Shown here in pieces: positions 1 through 10,769 of a stretch of DNA of 64,000 nucleotides. The translations under genes were made by a program, and so were the position numbers. The DNA is from Chloroflexota bacterium (GTDB lineage Bacteria > Chloroflexota > UBA11872): the NCBI GenBank assembly GCA_965247475.1, contig OZ252016.1, forward strand, positions 654,143 through 718,142, read 5' to 3'. The notes beneath the pieces are model-generated. The model saw only the letters and a program-made list of their open reading frames with translations, had not been told where the DNA came from and did not search any database. Each line of letters opens with the position of its first letter. Position 1 is the first letter of the stretch.

Positions 1-250
1 TTGAACCCCACCTCCACCCGCGGAAGCTTGTGACGACGGTCGGGCGCGTACAGCCACGCGACCGTTGTCAGTCCGTCTCGATACGGGGTCTGAAAGGCGA
101 ACCCGCGGCGCAACGGCCTGAGCGGCAGACCGGCCTGCTGCCAGCGGCCCAGCAAGTGCTCGCCCAGCGCAAACAGCTCCTGCGGCATCGACCGCTGCAA
201 TGCGCGCACTTCCGGGTCGTCGATCCCGAACGTCCGGAAGTCCTCGTCCA
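1..250 (-). CDS. partial CDS running off the window start, hypothetical protein (N-terminal about 80 aa ...VVDEDFRTFGIDDPEVRALQRSMPQELFALGEHLLGRWQQAGLPLRPLRRGFAFQTPYRDGLTTVAWLYAPDRRHKLPRVEVGF)
   Basis: Minus-strand frame is open from a candidate GTG at 248-250 to position 1 with protein-like (not Arg/Gly-biased) composition. It is absent from the ORF track because it runs off the window. Confidence 0.3.
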
Positions 251-291
251 CTACGTCGCCTGCGCCGACGCCACGGCCGCCCCGTTGGCCC

Positions 292-765
292 TTAGTTCTT
301 GAGCAGCCAGGCGGCCAGTCGCGCGAGCAGTGACGACATCCCCAGCGCCACGCCAAAGGCGATCGCGGCGCGGGTGCTCATGAGCGCGCGCACGTTGCCC
401 TGCACGTTGCCGCCGATCACGGCGAGACTCAGGACGCGGTCGGCCTGAATGTTGCCGCCGGCAACCCACGATGCGAATACGTTGTTCAGTTGAACGTTGC
501 CGCCCACGCTCACACCAATGGCGCTGTTGCGCACGCGCCCCGCTCGAGCCGCGCTCACGCCGATCGCGCTCTGCGCCGCGTCGAGCGTCTCCGAACGGCT
601 GAGCGTCAGCGCGGAATGCTTGGCCTCGATCTGATCCGCGTCGACTCGCTGAACCGCCGTGCGCTCGACGCGCAACCGTGGGGCTGCGAGGGAACTCGGG
701 TCTGCATGGGCGACCGGGAAGTTGCGGCGCCGCGTCGGTGGTGACGGCGTGTCTGAATTGCTCAT
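292..765 (-). CDS. hypothetical protein with bactofilin-like beta-helical repeats (IGVS..NSAIGVSVGGNVQLNN..VAGGNIQADRV..VIGGNVQGNV) and a C-terminal hydrophobic anchor
   Basis: ATG at 763-765 (MSNSDTPSPP...) inside ORF 292..882. Repetitive G-x-V/I motifs and a C-terminal TM-like tail. Family assignment is tentative. Confidence 0.4.
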   Translation of the reverse strand: MSNSDTPSPPTRRRNFPVAHADPSSLAAPRLRVERTAVQRVDADQIEAKHSALTLSRSETLDAAQSAIGVSAARAGRVRNSAIGVSVGGNVQLNNVFASWVAGGNIQADRVLSLAVIGGNVQGNVRALMSTRAAIAFGVALGMSSLLARLAAWLLKN

Positions 766-879
766 GCGCGTGCACTCAGAGCGAGAGTGCCGCCAGTATG
801 CCCGACCGGTCGGACGCCCGCCCGCGACGCCTATCGACCCGATGCCGGACGTACGTGTAGTTCCCACCGCCCGTGTCTG

Positions 880-1280
880 CAAACCGCCGAAACCGCCTGA
901 GTGTCATTCCGAGCGGAGCGAGGAATCTCACGGCCACCGGACCGGCGAAGGCCTGCCCGGAGTCTGTCGAAGGCCCATCCCGCGTCCATCGAACGGATCT
1001 CACGGCACCCCCGTGCGCGTTCCCCCGTGCACCCTGAGCCTGTCGAAGGGGCACGGGAGTGATGTGGCTCAGGCAGACCCTGTCGAATCACGGAATCGCC
1101 GCACCCTGCCAGGGTGGGCCACCGGGCCAAGTTCCCTCTCCCCGTCGAGGGAGAGGGTTAGGGTGAGGGGGTCGAAAGTGACGGCCGTCCTGAAGTGCAC
1201 GGACGGCACCCCCGTGCGCGTTCCCCCGTGCACCCTGAGCCTGTCGAAGGGGCACGGGAGTGATGTGGCCCGGAGCGACT
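880..1280. repeat. intergenic repeat cluster: a 67-bp exact direct repeat (992-1058 and 1203-1269), further tgtcgaagg / atctcacggc submotifs, and a 9-bp-stem hairpin CCCTCTCCC-cgtcga-GGGAGAGGG (about 1138-1161). It shares the core GGGAGTGAT with the repeats at 48246-48394.
   Basis: Read directly in the sequence. Spurious plus-strand ORF 659..1282 translates the unit twice as GTPVRVPPCTLSLSKGHGSDVA. Confidence 0.8.
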
Positions 1281-2477
1281 AACCCCTGTCGGTTCCGTCC
1301 GGCGCTTGCGCGGGCGCCGCGTCGAGCCCGGCCGCGCGCGCGGCGTCGTAGACCGCGCGCAGCGGCGTCGAGCGCGCCTCGGCGGCGCGCGCACAGTCCG
1401 CGGCCTCGGGCGCGACGTCGCGGAGGTCGCCGCGCAGGTACGAGGCCTTCACCGCGATGGGGCCGTACGCGGTCTCGACCACGAATCGATGTCGCGCCAG
1501 CTTGGTCCGGATCACCTCGTGAACTCGCACCCCGAGCGTGGTTGTCTCGGCGAGCAGAATCTCGATGGCCGCGTCGGCGCGGTCCGGAGGCGCGATCACG
1601 GTCAGCTTGGTCCCCGGTCGCCCGTGCTTCATGCCGATCGCGGACGTGACCGCGTCGAGCGCGCCCGCCTCGAGCAGCCGGTCGACCATGTACGGGTAAA
1701 GTTCGGGATTCATGTCGTCGATGTGGGTCTCGATGACCATCGCCGTATCGGCCCGCTCGGCGTCCGGCTGCCCGAGCGTTACGCGCAGGACGTTCGGCCG
1801 ATCGAGTTCGCGCGTCCCCGCGCCGTACCCGTGCGCGTGAATCCGCATCGGCGGCAGCGGACCGTAGGCGCCGGCCAGGCTGGTCAGCACCGCGGCGCCG
1901 GTGGGCGTGAGCAGCTCCGCGTCCTCGGTCGTCGAGTAAACGGGCGCGCCGCTGCCCTCCAGCAGCCGAACGGTCGCCGGGGCCGGAACCGGCAGCACGC
2001 CATGGCTCGCCCTCACGTTTCCGCCGCCGACGTTGATGCGCGAGACCGATATCTCACCGAGGCCGAGCAGCTCGACCGCCACCGCCGCGCCCACGATGTC
2101 CAGGATCGCGTCTGCCGCCCCGATCTCGTGGAAATGGACGTCGGCTGCCGGGACACCGTGAACGCGCGCCTCGGCTTCGGCCAGCCGGCGAAAGATGTCA
2201 CGGGCGCGCCGCTTGGGCGCCGGGCCGACCGCACTCGCTTCGATCAGATCGTCGATCTCGCGAAACGTCCGCCCCGAGCCGGACGCCGTGATATCGAACT
2301 CCAGGTGCAGCGCGGTGATCGAACCCCGCCGCACGCGCTCCAGCCGGATCGACCAGCCGGTCAGATCGAGCTTGCGAAGCTCGGTCTCGAGCCCCCCCGC
2401 GTCGAGGCCCGCGTCGATCAGCGCGCCGAGAATCATGTTCCCGCTCGCGCCGGACGCGGCGTCGAAGTGGGCGCGCG

Positions 2478-2481
<4 letters not shown>
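1279..2481 (-). CDS. larC: nickel-pincer cofactor biosynthesis protein LarC (nickel insertion, DUF111 family)
   Basis: N-terminus MTRAHFDAASGASGNMILGALIDAGLD is typical of LarC. About 400 aa. The start overlaps the larB stop (ATGA at 2478-2481). Confidence 0.85.
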
Positions 2482-4639
<2,158 letters not shown>

Positions 4640-6199
4640 TCAGCGCAAGGCGATCTGGAGCGCCTGTGCCACGGTGGCCACCGGGATGAACGTCATGTCC
4701 TCGCGAAGCACCGCCGGCAGGCCGTCGAGATCGCCCTCGTTGCCGCGCGGCAGCAGCACCCGCCGCACGCCGGCCCGGTGCGCCGCCAGCATCTTGTGCG
4801 CGATGCCCCGCGCCGGCATCACGCCGCCATGCAGCGTCACGGCGCCGGTCGCGGCGACCTCGGGGTCCACGCCGCGGTCCCGCATCAGCGACACCATCGC
4901 GATCGCCGCCGCCAGCGCGGCGGCCTGCTCGTCGCCGGGCAGTTCGCCGACCGGGATAACCACGTGCGTGTCGAACTCCTCCAGAAAGCGCGCCGAGATC
5001 CCGAACGCCGAGAGATGCGACCGCACCATCGAGGGAACGATCATCGTCCTGGCGGTCAAATCCGTCCCGTCGGGGCCGGTCATGTGCATCCGTCCGGAGC
5101 CGGGCATGTTCGCCGCTTCCACGTGCTCGAACCGGCCGCCGCCGCGTCCGGCCACCAACGTCCCCGCAACACCGGGCGCCTCGGCCCTGCGCACGCGGTC
5201 GGTTCGCGTCCTCGGGCGCCCGAGATAATCCACCAGCAGGTCGGATGTGAACCGCTCGATCGAGGCGCCGTCGTCGAGCATCCGGTCGGCGAGCACGCGT
5301 CGCGCGATCCGGCGCACGAGCGCTTCCGCCTGCGCGAGACCCGGCTCCGACGTGTACGTCGCGATGAGCCCTCGCAGCGCGTCCTCGTCAAACTCCAGGC
5401 TGTCGGCGGCGATGCCGTAGTCGGCGAGCACCGAAGGCACCATCGACCGACCGGCAATCGTCAGCTTGTCACCGAGCGCGTAGCCTTCCAGGCCCACGAT
5501 CATCAACCGGGCGCGTACGTCGGCCGGGAGCTCGTGGGTCCAGCGAGCGGTGGCGATCATGAGCGTGCGCGACAGATCGAACGGCACGCCGAAGAAGGGA
5601 TCGCGAAATGACTGCCGGCGTGTCCGCCCTGCCACGGCGTACGTCACACCGTGCTGGTCGCTGGGCCACCGGGACCCGAAGCGATCGAGTCCCTCCAGAA
5701 TGATCACGGCGTCCGCGGTTCCCGCGCGCTCGATCGCGGTCATCAGCGCGCCCGGCGCGTCGTCCCCGCCGAAGAACTCCGATGGCGATGTCAGGTGCGG
5801 AAGGTTGATCGTCTCGACAGGCCGCCGCAGCGCCTCGCCGATGCCGCGCGCGATGGAGGTCGTGCCAACGCCTTGCGGCCCCGCCAGGCACAGCATCCGA
5901 CCTGGACCGGTGGAGGGTTCCTCGCGCCTGTTTTCTGATTCGCGAACGGCCAGGTGCTCGAGGATCCGATCGCACGCCGTCGAAGGCACGAACAGATCTT
6001 CGTGCAAATGCCGGCGCACCTCCGCGAGCTCCGGGGCGCCCGGGTCGTCGGCCTCCCACGGCAACTCCACCGCCCGCGAAATCCGCTGGACTCTGTTGGC
6101 ATCGTCTCCCATCGCGTCCAGGTCCTGGCGGAGCGAATCGGCCACCGCCGCGGGAAGCGGGGCTCTGGAGATTCGGGTCAGCAGCGTCTTCGCGTCCAC
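4640..6199 (-). CDS. Lon-like protein (AAA+ module plus Lon S16 C-terminal domain) with degenerate ATPase and protease motifs; no Lon N-terminal domain
   Basis: Collinear with E. coli Lon: RILEHLAV, MLCLAGPQGVGTTSI (Walker A Lys replaced by Thr), VIILEGLDRF (Walker B DE replaced by EG), LMIATAR. The GPSAG serine motif reads GDEQAA (Ser to Ala), while the Lys in KMLAAHRAG is retained. Confidence 0.75.
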   Translation of the reverse strand: MDAKTLLTRISRAPLPAAVADSLRQDLDAMGDDANRVQRISRAVELPWEADDPGAPELAEVRRHLHEDLFVPSTACDRILEHLAVRESENRREEPSTGPGRMLCLAGPQGVGTTSIARGIGEALRRPVETINLPHLTSPSEFFGGDDAPGALMTAIERAGTADAVIILEGLDRFGSRWPSDQHGVTYAVAGRTRRQSFRDPFFGVPFDLSRTLMIATARWTHELPADVRARLMIVGLEGYALGDKLTIAGRSMVPSVLADYGIAADSLEFDEDALRGLIATYTSEPGLAQAEALVRRIARRVLADRMLDDGASIERFTSDLLVDYLGRPRTRTDRVRRAEAPGVAGTLVAGRGGGRFEHVEAANMPGSGRMHMTGPDGTDLTARTMIVPSMVRSHLSAFGISARFLEEFDTHVVIPVGELPGDEQAAALAAAIAMVSLMRDRGVDPEVAATGAVTLHGGVMPARGIAHKMLAAHRAGVRRVLLPRGNEGDLDGLPAVLREDMTFIPVATVAQALQIALR

Positions 6200-6364
6200 G
6201 TGCGTTCCTGGGACATGCGAGGCGTTTCCCGATCATAGCGTTGGCGCCCCGCCGGGTTCCGTAGCAACCGTCTCACACGCCGCGCGCCGCCGGATCGCCA
6301 GCCCGCCTCTGTTGACTCGGGCGCGGCCCAGCGCGATGCTTCAATCGAGGCGATTCTCCTTCTA

Positions 6365-6724
6365 TTGCAGGAAGGTCCACGCATGGGTTTGCCGGGCGCC
6401 CCGTCGAATGAAGTCGATGTGCACGAAGCGAGGAATCTGATCGACGAAGGCAAGGTTCGGGTTGTCGACGTTCGAACCGACTTCCGGTTTCCCGCCATGG
6501 CAGGCGCCGATTACATACCGCTGGAGGACATCCTCGCGCGCCCGCAGGAGGTTCTGCCCGTTGGCGAGTCGGTGCTGTTCATCTGCAACGTTGGCCAGAC
6601 AAGCGGCGTCGCAACCCAGATGGCGCTCGCCATGGGTCACGCCGCGACGTACAACATGAAGGGTGGCATGGAGGCCTGGACCGAGGCTGGGTACGAGACC
6701 ACGGAGCCGCCGAGCGGCGGCTAG
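6365..6724 (+). CDS. single-domain rhodanese-like sulfurtransferase
   Basis: Rhodanese fold signature VRVVDVRTDFRF...FICNVGQTS with an active-site Cys loop. The start may be the internal ATG at 6383. Confidence 0.7.
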   Translation: MQEGPRMGLPGAPSNEVDVHEARNLIDEGKVRVVDVRTDFRFPAMAGADYIPLEDILARPQEVLPVGESVLFICNVGQTSGVATQMALAMGHAATYNMKGGMEAWTEAGYETTEPPSGG

Positions 6725-6767
6725 CCCGCGACCGGCCGCCACGACTGACGAACGAGGGGTATATCGC

Positions 6768-7610
6768 GTGTTTACCGTTGACCAAGTCCAGCGATACAGC
6801 CGCCACCTGTTGTTGCCCGAGGTGGGCGTCGCGGGCCAGCAGAAGCTCTTGAACGCAAAGGTCCTGGCCATCGGGGCCGGCGGCCTCGGCTCACCCACGC
6901 TGTTCTATCTCGCCGCGGCGGGCGTCGGGACGCTTGGCGTGGTGGACTTCGATGTCGTGGACCGCTCGAACCTGCAGCGTCAGATTCTCCACACGGACGC
7001 CCGCATCGGCACGCTCAAGACCGAGTCGGCCGAACGCACCCTCACCGCGCTGAATCCGGACGTGACCGTAGTTCGTCACGACGAGCCGCTCACCTCCGAC
7101 AACGCCATGCGCATCCTCGCGCCCTACGACGTCATCGTGAACGGTTGCGACAACTTCCCCACCCGTTACCTGGTCAACGACGCCTCCCACATGCTGGGCA
7201 AGACGGTCGTGGATGGCAGCGTGCTGCGCTTCGAGGGCATGGTGACCGTATTCGAGAGCGGCCGCGGCTGCTACCGCTGCCTGTACCCCACACCCCCGCC
7301 GCCGGAGATGGCGCCGAGCTGCTCCGAGGCCGGTGTGCTCGGTGTTCTGCCCGGCCTGATCGGGCTGATCCAGGCGACTGAGACGACCAAGTTGATTCTT
7401 GGGATTGGCGAGACACTCACGGGCCGTCTCCTGCTGGTCGACGCGCTGGCCATGGAGTTCCGCGAGCTGAAGTTGCGGCGGGATTCCGAGTGCCCGCTCT
7501 GCGGCGACAACCCGACGGTCACCGAGCTCATCGACTACGAGGAGTTCTGTGGCTTCGCCGGAGGCGACCATGCCTCCGAGCCGGCCGCGGCCGGGGTGGC
7601 CGTCGGCTAG
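6768..7610 (+). CDS. moeB: MoeB/ThiF-family E1-like adenylyltransferase (molybdopterin/thiocarboxylate-type), zinc CxxC...CxxC type
   Basis: VFTVDQVQRYSRHLLLPEVGVAGQQKL...VLAIGAGGLGS...CYRC...CPLC. A GTG at 6768 with an AGGGGT Shine-Dalgarno 8 nt upstream is preferred over the long ATG ORF from 6663. Confidence 0.85.
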   Translation: MFTVDQVQRYSRHLLLPEVGVAGQQKLLNAKVLAIGAGGLGSPTLFYLAAAGVGTLGVVDFDVVDRSNLQRQILHTDARIGTLKTESAERTLTALNPDVTVVRHDEPLTSDNAMRILAPYDVIVNGCDNFPTRYLVNDASHMLGKTVVDGSVLRFEGMVTVFESGRGCYRCLYPTPPPPEMAPSCSEAGVLGVLPGLIGLIQATETTKLILGIGETLTGRLLLVDALAMEFRELKLRRDSECPLCGDNPTVTELIDYEEFCGFAGGDHASEPAAAGVAVG

Positions 7611-7737
7611 CCTCGTTTTGACGCGCGGCGTCGACGAACGCCGCGCCAGCCCCCGACCGCGTCCACGCTCCGCCGTCGTGGGCGCGCGGCCGATAGCCGT
7701 ATCCTGAGGGGCCGCGTATGGGGTCACTGAGGGGCGT

Positions 7738-10089
7738 ATGCAGCTGCCGCCCTCACGACAGGCGCGCATCCGCTTGGCGCTGGCGACTTTCGCCTCCGCG
7801 CTGGTCGTCGCGGCGCTCGTCTATGCGCTGACCGCCGCGTTCGGGCCGACCGATTACGGTCTGCGTGCGCGGTCCGTGAGCGACGGCGTCTGGACGATCA
7901 CGCAGGTCGTCCCCGGCGGCGTCGGCTGGCGTGAGGGAGCGAAGCCCGGCGCGCGGCTCATATGGGACGCGCCGGTTCCCAACGGCGATGCCGCGGTGTC
8001 GGTGATCGACGCTCCCGGTCGCGGCCTCCTGCTGCTCCTCGGCGACGACGGAGCTACCGGCTCGCCCTTGGCGCGCGCTCCTTCCAACGGTCCGCTGGTG
8101 GCCTCGCTCGTCATCCTCAGCCTGACCTTCGCGGCGGGCGCGGCGCAGAGCGCATACGACGGACGCGGCCGCTCGCTCCTGCCGTTCCCGGCCAGCCTGG
8201 CCGCGGTTGGCGTGGCGCTCGCGCTCGGATCCGTCGCGCCGGCCGGCGGGGTTGCCATGAGCGCCTTGCTGTTCAGCGCGGTGGCCTTGAGCGCCGGGCT
8301 GACCGTCGCGCTGGCGTTTGTCATGCCCGTGCGCGGACCGTTCGGCGGCCTCGCGATCGGCCTCTCGCTCGGCGCCGCCCTGGCGGCGGTCGCGGGCGCC
8401 ATGTTCGGCGCCTCGTTGACGGTCGGACCGGCCCTCTACGAGCTGGCGTGGGCCGCGGCGTTCTTGGTTGCCGGGCTCGGCATCGCCGCGCTGCTGGCGA
8501 AGAGCCTTGTCACCCTCCAGGTGCGGTCGCTCCCGCGCGACCGCCGCGCCGCTCGGGTGATTGTGGCGACCGCGCTGGCCGCCACCGCGCCCGTCACACT
8601 GCTGTCGTTGTTTCCGGCCATCGTCGTCGGGCGCCCGCTCGTGCCGTTCTGGGCCACGCTGCTCCCGATCGCGCTGGTTCCTCTGGCCGTGACGCATATC
8701 GCGGTTCCCACCAGGCGGATCGGTCTGCAGCGCGGCTTGCGGCAGCTATTCGTGCATGCCCTGGCCTGGATTCTGCTCGCCACGGCCTATGCCGGGCTGG
8801 TGGTTCCCGCCGGCGAGCGCGTGACCGGGAATCCGTCGGCGCCGATCGATCTTTGGGTTCTGGTTGCCCTGCTGCTGGGTCTGGGAATTGCCTTCCCGTT
8901 CGCGCGGCGCGTGACGCTGCGGGTCTTGGGAGACGCCATCTATCAGGACGTATACGACGCGCAATTCGTCATGCGGACGGCCAGCGTGGCGCTTGCCTCG
9001 GCCGTGTCGCCCGAAGAGCTCCGCCCTCGCGTCCTGGAGCCGGTACGCGCCGCCGTTGGGCTCGACTGGATCGCCGTCACGCGCGCACGCGCGCCCTACC
9101 AGATCCTTGGCGCGTCGGAGGCCCCGACCGTGACGGCTCCGGTCGCCGGCGAGATCAGCTCCGCCGTCGCGGCCGCAACTCGCACCGGCACGTCGCGGAT
9201 TGGCGCGGCGGTCGTGCCCTGCGAGATCGGCGGAGATGTTGTCGGATACTTGGTCGCGGCCGTGCGCGAGGAGACCTTCGGACTCTCGGCCGCCGACGCC
9301 GAGCTGCTGGCCGCCCTGGCGGCGCCGCTCGCGAGTTTCGCCCTGCGGGTGGACCTATGGCACCAGCTCCAGGTGCGGATTCGGGAGCTCGACGTCACTT
9401 CCCGCCGGCTGCGCGACAGTCAGCAAACGCTCGGCGAGCTGTATGAGCAGGTCAACGCGCTGCTCGAGCAAGAGCGCCGCCGGATCGCGACGGACTTGCA
9501 CGACGAGCCCTTGCAAAAGCTCGTCCTGTTGCAGCGCGCCCTGCGATCCAGCGCGCCTGGGCCGTACCGCAGTCGCGAGGCGCTCCTGGGCCTGGTCGAC
9601 GATGCCGCCAGCGATCTCCGCACGATCTGCGAGCGACTGCGTCCGCCGATTCTCGACGACCTTGGCCTCGAAGCCGCCATTCGCTGGCTGGCGGCGGAGA
9701 CCGAGCGCGCCGCGCCGTTCAGGGTCGAGGTGCGCATTCAGGGCACTCCGGATCTCGCGCGGATCTCGCCTGAGGTCGAGACCAACTTGTATCGGGCCCT
9801 CCAGGAGCTGCTCACGAACGCCGTGCGCCATGCGTCGGCGTCGCGCGTTGTCATCACGTTCACGCGCGCGGCTGACGCGATCCGTCTCGTCGTCGTCGAC
9901 GACGGCGTTGGGTTCGAGGCGCCCCCCGATTTTTCTGCCTACGCCGCCACCGGTCACCTGGGGCTCGTCGGCGTTAACGAGCGCATTTCGCGGCTCACCG
10001 GTACCGTAGGAGTCACCTCCGCGCCCGGAGGTCCCACATCAGTCCGAATCGACGTGCCGCTGCCTATCACCGTGGACGCTCGCACGTGA
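7738..10089 (+). CDS. sensor histidine kinase (HisKA_3/NarX-type) with an approximately 430-aa polytopic membrane N-terminal domain
   Basis: Many hydrophobic segments, then an H-box IATDLHDEPLQKL and an HATPase_c region (LYRALQELLTNAVRHA...VVDDGVGF...GHLGLVGVNER). Confidence 0.8.
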   Translation: MQLPPSRQARIRLALATFASALVVAALVYALTAAFGPTDYGLRARSVSDGVWTITQVVPGGVGWREGAKPGARLIWDAPVPNGDAAVSVIDAPGRGLLLLLGDDGATGSPLARAPSNGPLVASLVILSLTFAAGAAQSAYDGRGRSLLPFPASLAAVGVALALGSVAPAGGVAMSALLFSAVALSAGLTVALAFVMPVRGPFGGLAIGLSLGAALAAVAGAMFGASLTVGPALYELAWAAAFLVAGLGIAALLAKSLVTLQVRSLPRDRRAARVIVATALAATAPVTLLSLFPAIVVGRPLVPFWATLLPIALVPLAVTHIAVPTRRIGLQRGLRQLFVHALAWILLATAYAGLVVPAGERVTGNPSAPIDLWVLVALLLGLGIAFPFARRVTLRVLGDAIYQDVYDAQFVMRTASVALASAVSPEELRPRVLEPVRAAVGLDWIAVTRARAPYQILGASEAPTVTAPVAGEISSAVAAATRTGTSRIGAAVVPCEIGGDVVGYLVAAVREETFGLSAADAELLAALAAPLASFALRVDLWHQLQVRIRELDVTSRRLRDSQQTLGELYEQVNALLEQERRRIATDLHDEPLQKLVLLQRALRSSAPGPYRSREALLGLVDDAASDLRTICERLRPPILDDLGLEAAIRWLAAETERAAPFRVEVRIQGTPDLARISPEVETNLYRALQELLTNAVRHASASRVVITFTRAADAIRLVVVDDGVGFEAPPDFSAYAATGHLGLVGVNERISRLTGTVGVTSAPGGPTSVRIDVPLPITVDART

Positions 10090-10748
10090 GCAGGCCGGAC
10101 CCCGTCCGCGTGCTGATCGTCGAGGATCACGCGCTGGTCCGCGAGGGCACCGCCGCCGTGTTGCAGGGCTTCAGTGGGATTCAGGTCGTCGGCGCCGCCG
10201 ACTCCGCGGATGGTGCGGTCAAGGCCGTCTACGAGTGCGCGCCGCACGTTGTCCTGCTGGATTTCAGGATTCCCGGCGGCGGACTCGAGGCCGCGCGCCG
10301 TATCGCGCATGTAGCGCCCGGCGCCCGGATACTCGTGGTTTCGGCCTACGGACAGTCCGACTATGTGTCCTCCATGTCCCGGGCCGGCGTCGCGGGCTAC
10401 CTGCTCAAGAGCGCCACGCCCGACACGCTGGTGACCGCCATTCGAGCGGTCGCTTCCGGCGGTACGTTCTTCGACGAGTCACTCGACCGTCCGTCGCGAG
10501 CGACGGCCACGGCCGGCCGTCCCGAGTTCGAGTCGCTGACCATGCGTGAGCTCGACGTGTTGCAGCATGTGGCGCGGGGCGTGCTCAACAGAGAGATCGC
10601 CGACGCGCTGGAAGTATCAACCAAAACGGTCGAGGCGCATCTCAGCAGCATCTACGCCAAGCTCGGCGTTCGCTCGCGGACGGAGGCGGTGGTAACCGCG
10701 GCTCGCGCCGGCATCATCGACGTGGAGCTGAGCGCCGACGCGATGTAG
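10086..10748 (+). CDS. NarL/LuxR-family response regulator
   Basis: REC domain (VLIVEDHALVREG...VVLLDFRIPG) plus a LuxR HTH (LTMRELDVLQHVARGVLNREIADALEVSTKTVEAHL). GTGA overlap with the kinase stop. Confidence 0.9.
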   Translation: MSRPDPVRVLIVEDHALVREGTAAVLQGFSGIQVVGAADSADGAVKAVYECAPHVVLLDFRIPGGGLEAARRIAHVAPGARILVVSAYGQSDYVSSMSRAGVAGYLLKSATPDTLVTAIRAVASGGTFFDESLDRPSRATATAGRPEFESLTMRELDVLQHVARGVLNREIADALEVSTKTVEAHLSSIYAKLGVRSRTEAVVTAARAGIIDVELSADAM

Positions 10749-10769
10749 CCCTCGCGCGTCTGTTGGCGG

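Noticed and set aside
880-1280. Possible CRISPR array
   Set aside because: Only two long identical copies with irregular shorter submotifs; there are no evenly spaced short repeats with unique spacers and no cas genes.
659-1282. 207-aa plus-strand ORF containing GTPVRVPPCTLSLSKGHGSDVA twice
   Set aside because: It reads through the intergenic repeat cluster. The internal repetition is the DNA repeat translated, not a protein.
7753-8697. 314-aa minus-strand ORF and several overlapping Arg-rich ORFs
   Set aside because: Antisense to the polytopic domain of the sensor kinase; composition-driven artefacts.
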